Assembly: GCA_000934665.2 (NCBI GenBank)
Contig: KZ538395.1
Span: 1-64,000 of the forward strand
Direction of reading: 5' to 3'
Length of the DNA: 64,000 bases
Source: Catajapyx aquilonaris
Lineage: Eukaryota
Under the pieces are notes generated by a model. The model made no database searches. It was not told the origin of the DNA and worked only from the letters and a program-made list of their open reading frames with translations. A program made the position numbers and the translations under genes. Each line of letters begins with the position of its first letter. Positions within the stretch are counted from its first letter, which is position 1. Of the stretch, positions 39,900 to 51,536 are shown piece after piece.

Positions 39900-42800
39900 G
39901 TAGGTTCAAAAACCAATGCATGGTGGTGGGATTTACGTATCAGATGGTTTACCACAAGCCTGGCCGTCGTGTCGTCTGATGTCAGGCGGAAATTAAATTA
40001 TATGCGGTGCTTATTGCCTGTACTGAGAGACATGGGGAAAAGCAGTGTTCTCATTTTCAATATGATGGGAGGGTAAAATTCGGCGAGGATTGTGTCAATA
40101 AAATATAACGAAGGGAATTGATGAGGCGGACCGACTGACAACACTGGCATGGCATCGCCCCAATGCATCTATAATGCAGTTTCCACTACATTTTGCATGA
40201 GTTAACAGCATAAGGATAATAAACAGATAGCAGCTCATTAAAATAGCTTTCTAGAAAATATGTAATTTGCGTGGGGGGGGGATATCAACTAACCGAGTGC
40301 GGCATCGGGATTTAATTAGTGCCGACCATAATAAGTGGCGGTGGATGCTGGAGTTTTGCCCGCGCGCCCCCTCCCGTATGGCCAAGGGGTTTTCTGAACA
40401 GCTTTTTGCGCCTATCGCATGGCCGAATTCATCTCAGCTTCACATCGCCCACTTTTGTTGCTACCCTTATGGAAACCGAACAGCAGAAATGAAAGCTCTT
40501 TTGTTTCGCAGCAGTGGTCATGAGGGTTTTTGGATGCCGGTTCAATAGGCCAAATCAGCCGGATGAGCGAACAGGAAGGGCTTCTTTTCCCTACGTATTC
40601 ACCGGATTTTTTTTTTTTTTTCTGTGTGGCATGTGTATTGGATCTCTCCATGTTGTGTTTGGAGGAGGATAAGAGATGACCAGAGGCTTCCTTTTTTGGA
40701 AGCCAAACCCACCGTGTGAGAGAGCGTAATTGCACGAAATGTCTGGCTAAAAAAAAATAATCGCAATGTAAACCTGTCAGCGGGGGTTTTGCAATTCATA
40801 TAGGCACGGTTCGGCGGGAAGTCAGAAAAGCCTAAGAGGACATCTGTGCCAAGCTTGGAAACGTATGAGACATGCGTATTCATGCAGTATTCACGAAGCA
40901 CGAGGCTGCAGTTTTCCCTGAAAATCAAGATAGTTCCATATGAGAGAACACCCTGTGTTTTCCTTTTGCGAGGCCTGAGTTGTCTTCGCAAAGAGAGGAT
41001 TACAATCATGGTCTGACGATTCGGAACCGAGTCGGTACTTTTGGAAAATGGGTTACATTTCTATTGTTGGCTTCCCCTGAGCGGTCTCGTTCAGTTTTAG
41101 AGAAGAGGAGGAGGAGAAGGGGATTTTCCCAGTGGTTGTCATTTCAGAAATGGCTAGGCAGGTCCAAGGTAAAAAGCGGATTACCTGCTTCTGTGTCAAC
41201 CACCTCTGCAGCATGCAAGGGGCTTAGGCTGGCAGCGATTCTTGATAGGGAAACGACTCCATTAGATTGATGCAGCGGGGCCCGTCATCATTGAAACCAC
41301 CCGTTTCTACCTCCCCTTCACTCTCTCTCTCAGCGAAACTGCATTTTGGAAACCGAATCTACCGTGCAGAATCCCTATTGGACATCCACCATGGGAGGCT
41401 TCTGTTTCATACAGTGCATTTATCGAAGCGTAGGGTTCAGCCCGGGAAATTGAACCTTGGGCACGGAGCAGTGCGTTTCATGCATTATTTGCAACGCTGC
41501 AATCAAGCTGCTGCTCTCCCACCAAGGTAACAACTATTCATCCACGCCACTAGGAGAGGATGGTGGGTACTGGGTGGGGATGGGAGAGAGAGAAAAAAAG
41601 TGCACAGCGCAGGTAGAATTGCCCTCGTGATGGGCCCTATTCCAGCTCCAAAAATCCATCGCAGTGACCCTTCAGTCTCAGATAATTTTCAATGGAGGGG
41701 CGAAATAACAGAAGCCGGTGGAGCATGGTCAATCTCTCTCTCTAAAAAAAACCGGACCCTGCTACATTCAACCTGAAGTGAATGTACCACCAATTTCGGA
41801 GTTAATCTTATTATCCGTGTTATTTTTGCGTGCAATTTCTTGCACAACCCCCGAGTCTTGACACGTCAGCGTCATTCACTGCATGAATAGATACATTGGT
41901 ACCATCTGGTAGCGATCACTACCATTTCTCCCACTCCTTGAAGGGAATTTTAGAAATATCCGCGATGCCAATAAACTGGACGGAAGGATTGAGCTTGTTT
42001 AGTATAGAATGGCACGGCTCAGGAGAGAGCATTCATCTGCGTCCCAAGTGGGTCCGATTCGTGTGGTTTACCTTTGGCTTGAGAGGCCGCGAGTATAATC
42101 GTGGCAAGATGCCCGCCATTGTATGCCCCCAGACTGTTTATGATAAGGCTCGAAAGCTACGTAAGCTGACTAGGCGGCGGATCTGACTGCATCTCACTCG
42201 CTGGGCTAGTTGGAGTAAGCTTGGCTTGGGTTGTTATTCGTTGTTGGAGGGGGATGGGAGGGAAGGGGAGGGGAGACTCCCCGATATCTGCATGTATAGG
42301 AAAAAGGAGTCATGTCCCACGAGCTCAGCTTGTGGTTCTTTGTTCACTCCGCAGAGGCGATAAGACCATCTGCGTAATTACTCGCTGGGAAAATACCCTC
42401 GTGCAATGGTATGTAATCACTTTTCAACCTCGTTAGTCGCCATCTCTGCATGGAACCCTGCTCGTATGTAGCTAAATAGAGGTAACCTTCATAATCAGGC
42501 CGTGTAATTATCTGGGCCCGAATTTTTTGTAATGCGAATCTCGTGTGGTGTACAGTAGCACTCTGTATGTTTGGTTTTTTTGGGGAGCTACTTTTTTTTT
42601 ATCGCGTTGGGTTTACACGCCATAACGCTGGTGACGTTCGTTTAGTTCAAAATGCTGTCATTATTCTGGTGTTGACTTTAGCGACGAATATCAACAACTA
42701 TGCAAAGAACGCTGGTTTGGGAATGAAATTATTGTGAGCCAAACTGACTCGGTGTGAAAACAACTTTACAGTACAGCCCATCTAGGGACTTATGTCGCCT

Positions 42801-44588
42801 AAATGAATGTTAACAAATCAGACGCCCTTATATTACCCACGCTATTACTTGTAGAGTCCGGATACCGGGCGATTTGGTAATGACGTGGACAGGAACTTGC
42901 GAGAGTGTCAGTAATGTTTGTGATTTGTGGCAGGCTTTTTTTTTTCTCGTGAAATTCCGATGACTACGGAGACTGCCCACCCGGAATAATGTAGCTTACA
43001 GCAATGAAATTACAGACTGTCCCAACATGCCACGTAGCCCACACTGTGGTTGTTCTAACACAGGAAAACGGGGGTACAGGTCGTGCACAGTACAGCCGGC
43101 CTACACTTCCTTCATTTCCCATAATATTTAACAATTGGCTGAGGTTTAATGAGAACTACTGTCCATGCCTGAAGCAAGAACTGTGACAGTTAAAAAATTA
43201 TTTCCGAAGCTCATCGGACACTGTTGTAATGTCCGATGTTGTTTAAGTAATCGATTAATAACGGTACAGTGTAGTCACTCGAGTGTTGGTGACAGCTTAT
43301 AAACTGTGGGCGAGGGGCATAGTCCACGTATTGTCTCACCCGCTTCCTTGTTCTGTTTGGACCCGTACTTTACACTTCAGAGCCCCCATAAACCCGCATC
43401 TCCACAGCGCCGTTATTTTTTCGTATAAAAATTGACTAATAGACGAAGCGACGTGTAGGGTACTACCTTTTAAAAATCACTTGCGAATAAATGTTCTGCT
43501 GATGCGGTTACAGTTCTAATGCAAGTTTAGTCTAGAGCTTGTGAGATTGCGTCGTGCTTGAGAGTTTATGGAGATGATACGTCAAATGGCTCACTTTCGA
43601 GATGAACTGGGCCGAACACCTGTGACCAGGAATTTGGATGCTGCGTACTCCCGAACGTGACAGGTGTGTGTCGCTAATAATATACTAGTAGCATCTGGCT
43701 TCATGAGTAATGGCATAAGCGCACATCATGACAAGGAATGCCAACCAATATCTAGCCAGAAAATTCTTACATGCACACGGAATTCAGGAATTGGCGGTGT
43801 CATAAGAAAGAAAAGCCACCTGCTTAGAATGTGTCGTTATCTTCATCACGCCGCAGTCGCATGTGGTCAGTCCTACATTTCTGCATGCATGAAAATATTG
43901 TAGGTGACCCTCGACTCGAGCATTGTGACCATATTATGACAAAGAAAGGGAAGGCGCCAGAGCAGAACCATCTGTTGACGGGAGCCGGTATGAAGGCTGG
44001 AAACAATGGGCAGGGACGGTGATCCTAGTCCGTTGTGATCCAGGCCTGGTTCAGTGAGCAGGGGCAGCCCAGGGGCTAAAGCGAGGGGTTTGTCCAGGTG
44101 CATAGGCCAAGGGGGGACTGATTATCCGACAGCTGCAGAGGGGGTCGAGGAATCTGAGAATCTGCCCATACCTAGAACCTCCGTGTATGGTCAGTGTGTC
44201 GTACCGGTAGTGAGGAGAAGGAAGTGCACTATATATTGTTCTGCTGTAAGTACACAAGAGCTTGTATTTTTTTCCCCATGCTGGATGGCATGGAGAACTG
44301 CAGTATAGTTTGGAGGATACTTTGCCGTGTACTGTAGCGATAAATTTCAGTTCCGATGGGATTGGAGGTTTTAAGAGCGGGATTATTGTTTTTATCGCTG
44401 TTCTGTGTCTGTATTTGCCAACCGTACGCCGTTAGCCTAATAGTTACAGGAAACTGGGCCTCTCATTTTGTGGGTCTCCGATATATAACTTCAGCTTCGG
44501 GCGATATGATCATGAAAGTTAAATTCAACGAAGCTTTAACAAACTGTGGGGGTATGTACTTTGTAACTCTTTAAGGTAACTGTCTAAA

Positions 44589-44858
44589 CTAAAATTTTGA
44601 AGTTGAAACATCAGAATGTGGATTTTGAGCTTTGGCTACTAACGTAACTAATCTCCGCCATGTTGCTAAGCAGTGGGCGCAGTCTGGTGGCGGATATTTG
44701 CGCCCGTTTTTTTTTTCTATCTCTTCTTTACAATGATACCCTTCCAGAAAAAAGAGGAGCGCGGGATTTGGCCCCAGGTGCTTTTCCATTTGGAGCGAGC
44801 TAAGGCCGGCTTCATCCGCGAACTTGATCTTGGCGGTGTTGTGGCCGCAGGCGCCCAT
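44589..44858 (-). CDS. Weak candidate small ORF or first exon (MGACGHNTAKIKFADEAGL...)
   Basis: CAAAATG start context, 13 consecutive G/C-ending codons after the ATG, and an MGxC N-terminus. No strong donor and no recognisable homology. Confidence 0.2.
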   Translation of the reverse strand: MGACGHNTAKIKFADEAGLSSLQMEKHLGPNPALLFFLEGYHCKEEIEKKNGRKYPPPDCAHCLATWRRLVTLVAKAQNPHSDVSTSKF

Positions 44859-47177
44859 TTTGCGTGCAAAACAGTTTCGGTGGCAGTGCGGAGGAAGAGC
44901 ATTTTGGTAAGATTCAATAGGGGGGGGGGGGNAGGTAGGATGGGTGTGTTCGTCTGGCGAATGGGAACGGGAACATTACGCCGGCGGTCGCGCGCCATGT
45001 TTATTCCCTGGCTGGGGACGTTGAAAAGGAGTCTCGTGTGTCATGTCTCGGAGGACTTCTCTCCCGTCCGTGAAAAGAGAAAAGGGCTCCCAATTCACCC
45101 ACCATCAACATGGAAAAAGGGGTGAGTTTAAATCTCCCTGCGAGGACACAAAGAAACAAAAAAAAAATTGCGGAAAAAAATAAATTCGCTATATCCACCT
45201 CCTTTTCTGTGAGGGCGATTTGGGTCAGGATAAGCTCACAATACGCACGCCCGCATGGAGATATTTAATTGGTATGCAATTTGAAAGTTGGGAATTACCA
45301 GCATTTCGTGGTTGGGTTCGTATCTCGTCAAGGGGAATAAAGATATCCGGCTCTGGCCATTACCGGAGCCCCGGATCAAACAGGTCGTTAATACATTATT
45401 TATGCTCTCTGAATCAGCATTCGGATATGATAGAGCGTGAGAGACACCCGCAGTGTGTACAGCGTTGTACAAGGGTTCGACTTGCAGTTCACTTGCGCAC
45501 ATTAAATCTGCCCTTTCAACCCTTTTGGCGAGCGCATTGAAACTGGGTCACAACCGGATTTTATAAAACGATGCCGAATATTCATAAATGTGGCGAGTTT
45601 CACAAATGGATGGCCTTTTCAGTCTAATAACGTATGCAGTTTAAACAACACTTGAAATATGTTTGATTATTTCACACGCAATTATTTTTTTTTTTTGCAG
45701 CGCGTGGAATCACTGGACCGCTTTTTAATGTTTTGGCGAACATTATTATGGTCCAGCTTAACCGCTCTGAAAATTTGCCCACGCCGAATGACGATGCGCA
45801 CACACATGACCGAAAAAAGAGAGATCAAATATGAGGCGCTCTACATGCTTGATTCCATCAATGATGCAGTGGGTCGCAACTTGTCAACAAACACTCTGAT
45901 TTACATGGAGAAAATTCCGTTCCGCTTTTTCGTATTATCTTCATCCGAGGTCAAAGAGGTCGCTTTTTAGACCCCCCCTCTTCTTCCTATCTGTACGAGG
46001 TTAAGAGTTGCCCGTGGGAATGAGAGGCTGGAGTAATATTCATGTGGCAGCCGTGTAAGGCCCAGTGGCCCAGGCAGTGCTCTGTAATATTCATGCATGA
46101 CGTATGTGCACTGTTAGGCAAACCTACCCCCTTTTCATATACCCCCCTTTAAGCTGGCGACCCATGTTTTTTTAGTTCCCTGCGGAATTGCCAACCAAGA
46201 TGCATTGAGTTTTATACTCGCATTACAGAGAATGGCAAATCTAGATAGGCGAAAGTGGATCAGACCTTCTCCTCACTCATATTTTTTTTTTTAAAAAAAA
46301 AGAGTGACATCAAAGAGAGGGTAGGGGGTATGAAGGGGTGTGCTCTTTATTGCGGATGATATGCGGCATGGTTGACGGATGCTCAGTTGGTGTCGAGTGG
46401 ATTGGATCAAGTTGTGTCATTTCATGTCTATCACCAGCTACAACGTGAAGTCTCGTTTGTGTGTTTTTTCCGCTCATTCCTCTTTTTTTTAGTTGGCCGC
46501 TTTATTCATTAATTACGTATCCAAACTATAATGTTGTCGAAGGTTTGCAGTGCTGATGAAAAGCTATTGGTAGATCAATTGGTATGGACGGTTGAGTTGT
46601 CGAGCTTCTGGTTGCCCATTAACTCACGCATGGCAACACATTTACCACTTTGAACGTTCGGTAAATTACTGTACCACAGCTGCACTTGAAAATTAATAAA
46701 CAAAAATTTTGTGTACAGTACTGTACATGCCATGGATGTGATCGGTAATGAGTTCAGGGTGTATGTGTTATGTAATTTTTTTTTCTCTGAATATTCTTGT
46801 CGTTGAGATGACGGTTCTGTGATTACAACCACTGTACTATAAACTTTCCTTTTATTACTCAGCGATTTCATGGAATTCTGTTATCTCCCAGGTGTACTGC
46901 TTGTGTTGCATAATATCCTCAGGATTTGCATGAATTTTTGGCGTTCTCATTCTGCGTAGCGTGATGGCCTCTATATGGCAAAAAAAGTTGCAAAAAAAAT
47001 GACCTGCAGGGTGGGAACATTAAAAAAAAAACTAGTAAAGATGGTCATGAATGGGCAGCACGTATCTGCGATCATGAAAGAACGTTTTGAGACCCTGCGA
47101 ATAGAAGGAGTATATTTTGTGCCCCTGAAGTAAAAGTGACCAACGGGACTTTTGAAAGAAGTGAAGAGCAGAAGAGA

Positions 47178-47255
47178 CTTTTTTTTTCTCCCCACTCCTC
47201 TTCTCTTCCTCTTCTTTTTTTTCTCTCTCTCTCTCTCTCTCTCGTCCAGGTATCA
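47178..47255 (+). repeat. About 70-nt polypyrimidine/(CT)n tract ending in CAG|GTATCA
   Basis: Almost purine-free from 47178 to 47247, with the first AG at 47248-47249. Confidence 0.75.
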
Positions 47256-50200
47256 AATGGGCCTTTTTGTCCCGTCATAAAAGGTACTTTTTGTGGGCGG
47301 AGGGGAGCCCTAATGGAGTTTTTGGAAGGGTACGCTGTGGGAACGGGGTGGGTTACTACCAGCTTTTTTTATTTCCACGGGCCCGCAATGTGTGTTGCAT
47401 ACGCTACAGGATCTCTCTCGGTCCGACTCTTTTTTAAAAATTTTGTCCGAAGCCCGCAGGGAAAGTTGTGTTATCAAATATCGGGGAATGTTACATGCAC
47501 ACACAGGCTGGTATTTTTGGGATTGTTGTAAATTAATCAACATCGGGCGGTAAATGTCAGGCCGGCCCCTGTGTTATTGATTACCATTGAATTGCGTTAG
47601 TTTGAATAACATGATATATTCAGTGATGGTAACGTTTTGTAAATGGCTCCCTCCCACCCCATTGCATCGTTGGGGCCTGGGCTTTATGAAGAACCCGAAA
47701 TCGATGAGGCGAAGAGTGATCGGGGGCACGGCTTGGTACAGTACAATGGAGACAGATGATACCGGAATTGATTTGCTGGGTTGGGTCGGGGTCGGAGAAG
47801 GAATTCGTTCCATTTGTCCAGAAGCCACTGGGACGGGATGAAACTTGAAGGGATTGATCCGACCAGAGGTGGAGGGTGCAAGGAAGGGAAGGGAGGGAGG
47901 GGGAAAAAAAAGTTTATTTGGAAAGGAGGGAGAGAGACTAGGTAGTAATTTTTGGGCGGTGGTGCCGGACCTCGGTGCCACAAAAGAGAGCCTTTGAGGA
48001 CCAAAGAGGTGCAGGTGTGTCTGTTCCCTGCCAGGTGAGAAAGGCCAATCGTGGGGACGCCGAAATTGATTTTTTTTTCTCTCTCTCGCCTTCTTTTCTA
48101 TTCCTTCCAAGTTGTGTTCGCATCTATGTAAAGAAGTTTTGTACACAATACATGATTGATATGTGATTGGGTCGGTGGGAGAGCTAATGGACTGGGCGGT
48201 GGTGTAGGTTGGAAGGTGGGGGAGGGTAGGGTGGACATGGCTTGCATTAGCGGCGGCTGGACATGGAAATGATTCTATGCGAGGACCAATATTGCGGGCA
48301 GCGTGAAGCGATGTGCCCCGAGGCCGCCTCGTGTTTAATTTGGCGGGCGTGGTTTATGGTAAACCCGGTGCGGGAAGTACATGCAAATGGATGTAGCGAC
48401 GCATCTACGACCCACACCTGTGAGTTTCCTGCCCTTAGGGTCACCACAGGTGGATTCTCTCCCTGGTGCTTAAACCTACCAAATTGACCCCATTTTAAAA
48501 GGAAAATATACTGCGAATCATCTCCGCCAGTTTACTAGCTGCCCCCAAAACATATGAGAAATGTCGAGACCCAATAGGTCTTATTTTGAGTCAACCTAAC
48601 TGGTGATTTGGTGACCTGCAGGTTCGACTCACCCTGTAAATCATCTCTACAGATTTTTGCAACATCCGAGCTCTTGGATGTCAACCGCAGCTTGAAAGTC
48701 ATTTTCAACCAAGAATGAAGTCATCTGCATGTCTGGTCCGGACAGATAAGGTTGTCAAAGGCACAGCGTGGTGATATAGGGTCTGCTTAAATGGGATGGT
48801 TCCATCTTTTGAGTTAGAGATTGCTCCAATAATGGTCGAGGATAAGGCCCGTTATGGCCTGGGATATGCTGAGTGTAGTTTTGGAATGTTGTGAACGCTT
48901 GTTTGACCTGTGCTGACATTGTTGGGTTCAGGCGAAGTTGACCTGGGTTACATCCCGCCCTGTGGATTGCAGTTAAAATTTGGGATAATAATTAGTAGCA
49001 CAGACACATTTTAATCAACATGAAGCAACATGCGTAGGTAAAATATACTCGAATTGTTGGAGCAGATTATGTATTAGAGTGCGGTAGAGCTGAGTGTGTT
49101 CAAGTCGCAGTTCGGAGAAGTAGTAAATCACGCAGGGACCACCTGCGATTACGGGAGAAAGAATCCGGACCCTGATATCCGGAGACGTTGCAGGCGGTGT
49201 AATAACGCTGCGGCTCCATTTCATTTCAATTAGAGGCCTATTTTATGGAGCAGGCACAGGTTTTGCGTGGTGACGGCGTAAATTGTGCCCGCTTATACCA
49301 TGCCTTGGTGTCACAACTCATTGCTGCTTGCGAAACGCGGAGATTACCTGCAAAGTAATTTTTTGATTTTTCGGCAAGGAACGAAAACAACCTTTTATAT
49401 TCCACCTGCGAATAAAAAGAGACGGTGAATATTCATTACCGTGATGGACACTGAAGAGAGTCCAAAGAGCTCCCTTAAAAGGAGACGTGGGCATTTGAAT
49501 GTCCCCCTCCTCTTTTGTTACCTGGTGATGAAAGACATGTCTCATTTTGCATGCAAAAATAGCCCAGGGATGTTCCCTTTCGCTACGCTTCCTCTTTACG
49601 ACAGGAAATGGATAAATGTATTCCGAGGCTCTTTCCTCTCTTCGGCCATTAGAAAAGGCATTTTGGCACAGAGCTGCTGTACGGCCACTTGCAAACCCAT
49701 TTTCTATGGTGTCGGGGAGGTGGAATTAATTGAAAGAGGAGGCGGGGAGGGATGTTCCAATAGGCCTTAATTAACCCCCCCCCCCTCCAGTTACACCCCC
49801 CCCCCCCTCTACTTTTTTTTCTCTCTCTCACTTGAATAATACCCGGGGCGAGTTTCCTGAACACGCCTTGGCTGGACGATTCAGGACCCTTTTAACAGAT
49901 GGCGGCCCTGTCTTCATTGTCCGAAGCCGCTCGCATCCTGAATCGTAATTCTCTTGGGCTGAGGAACCGGCGCGAAAACGTACTGCAAACATGGGATGAG
50001 CAATCCTGTAAGTAAACACGGGCTCAGTTTCTGGATGTTCACTTATACTTGGGAGGTTTTTATTTCATTTACGGAGTACGTCTGAACTGCAGATTTTCAT
50101 TCCCTTAAGAAAACATTCATTTACCTGCTGGGTTTCCCCTCCCCGTTCCTTCAGGAGTGTTTCTGCGAATTCACGACTCGAAAAAAGGGGGAATGTTCCC

Positions 50201-51509
50201 TGGTCCCCGCCTCCTTCTAACCAGACCTCTCCGACTCATATTTAGAATTCACGAGCGCCGAATGTGCAAATGTGCCGCCAGCTGTCTGGGTTCAACTTGG
50301 GGGCTTCATGACTGATTCTAATTACCCCCCAGCAAACTTGTTGATCATAAATTCATGGCCGTCCCCGAGTACGGTAGTTTGCAAGTGAGCAGCGATTAGT
50401 TTTGTGAGGGGAGGGCGTACTATTTTTTTTTTAGACTATATAATAAGAGGGTGGAGCTTTACAGCTCGTGTTATCTCATAGCAGTTTTTTTTTGGACAGT
50501 TTGTGGCACTGATTGTTCTCGCAACATTGTGGCTTGTTGATTCAAGCGACCATTTGTTTTAATGTTGTGTGGAATGTATTGTAGCAGATAAATCGATTGC
50601 GGAGCAAAAGGTCACATGTCCATCAATGGTGAGTGAGTTATTGCTCTGCCACATCCGTGGTATTGATGTGTATATTTTTAGAGTGATTTCAATGGGCAAA
50701 AAGCGCTTGGTTTTCATGACGCGGACGTTTTCCTTTATTAAAAAAAAAATTATAGCGTGCTTTAGAAACGCATTATTGGCCGTGAAGGATTAATAAATTA
50801 TAGGAGAACAATACAAGTAATGTCAAAATGGCTAGGAGGTGGTCGCGGCCTGTAATGGCCCCCCCACTTATGCGCGGTGCTAAAATATTTTGGGAGCCTC
50901 ATTGTCTGCACGTTAATTGCGATTTTTTTCTCTCTCTCTCGAAAGCTGCAAAAAGAGGGAATGGCATATTAGCGGGCATAAGTCAACTGATAAGCTCAGC
51001 GTCGCACGAAAAGAGTTTTGTAATCGGAAACCACGGTAAGTCATAAACCGCGGAGCACAATTTCCCATGTTGTTTCCTGTCCACTTGGGCGTTTATCACA
51101 CCTTAATGGCTCTGTGACTGCATGCCTGCACTTCCACCCAGGACTATTTTTTTTTTCTGCACGTGCTTTGCATCCGAATGCAAATTTGCCACTGACCATT
51201 TTTTTGGGACCACTTTTTTTTTCGGTATGGGGACCCTTGTCATGGTTGACCATCATCGGTGACACTGCCAACAAAGGAACTGGGATGCTGCCTGCTTTTT
51301 CACTGATTGATAGATGTCATGCAGATCGAACCAAATCCTGCATCCCTCCCCCCACCCTCTCCTATCCCCCCTTTTCACTCACTCGATTCGACCCCCTCGT
51401 TCCTGTCATATGCGTCATGCACGAGCTAAACGAACCTTCATGCCATTCGCCAATTAATTTTCCGGAAGGTGCAAATTCAATTTGTGCTGAATTCAGTTTG
51501 TGCTTTTTT

Positions 51510-51536
51510 GGGGGCTGGGTGGGGGAGGGGGGGGGG
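51510..51536 (+). other. Canonical G-quadruplex-forming motif
   Basis: GGGGG-CT-GGG-T-GGGGG-A-G10. Confidence 0.5.

Noticed and set aside
47574..48146. 190-aa minus-strand ORF; likewise 55792-56343 (183 aa, +)
   Set aside because: Pro/Ser/Phe-rich translations of low-complexity purine/pyrimidine tracts, with no recognisable homology or good exon boundaries.
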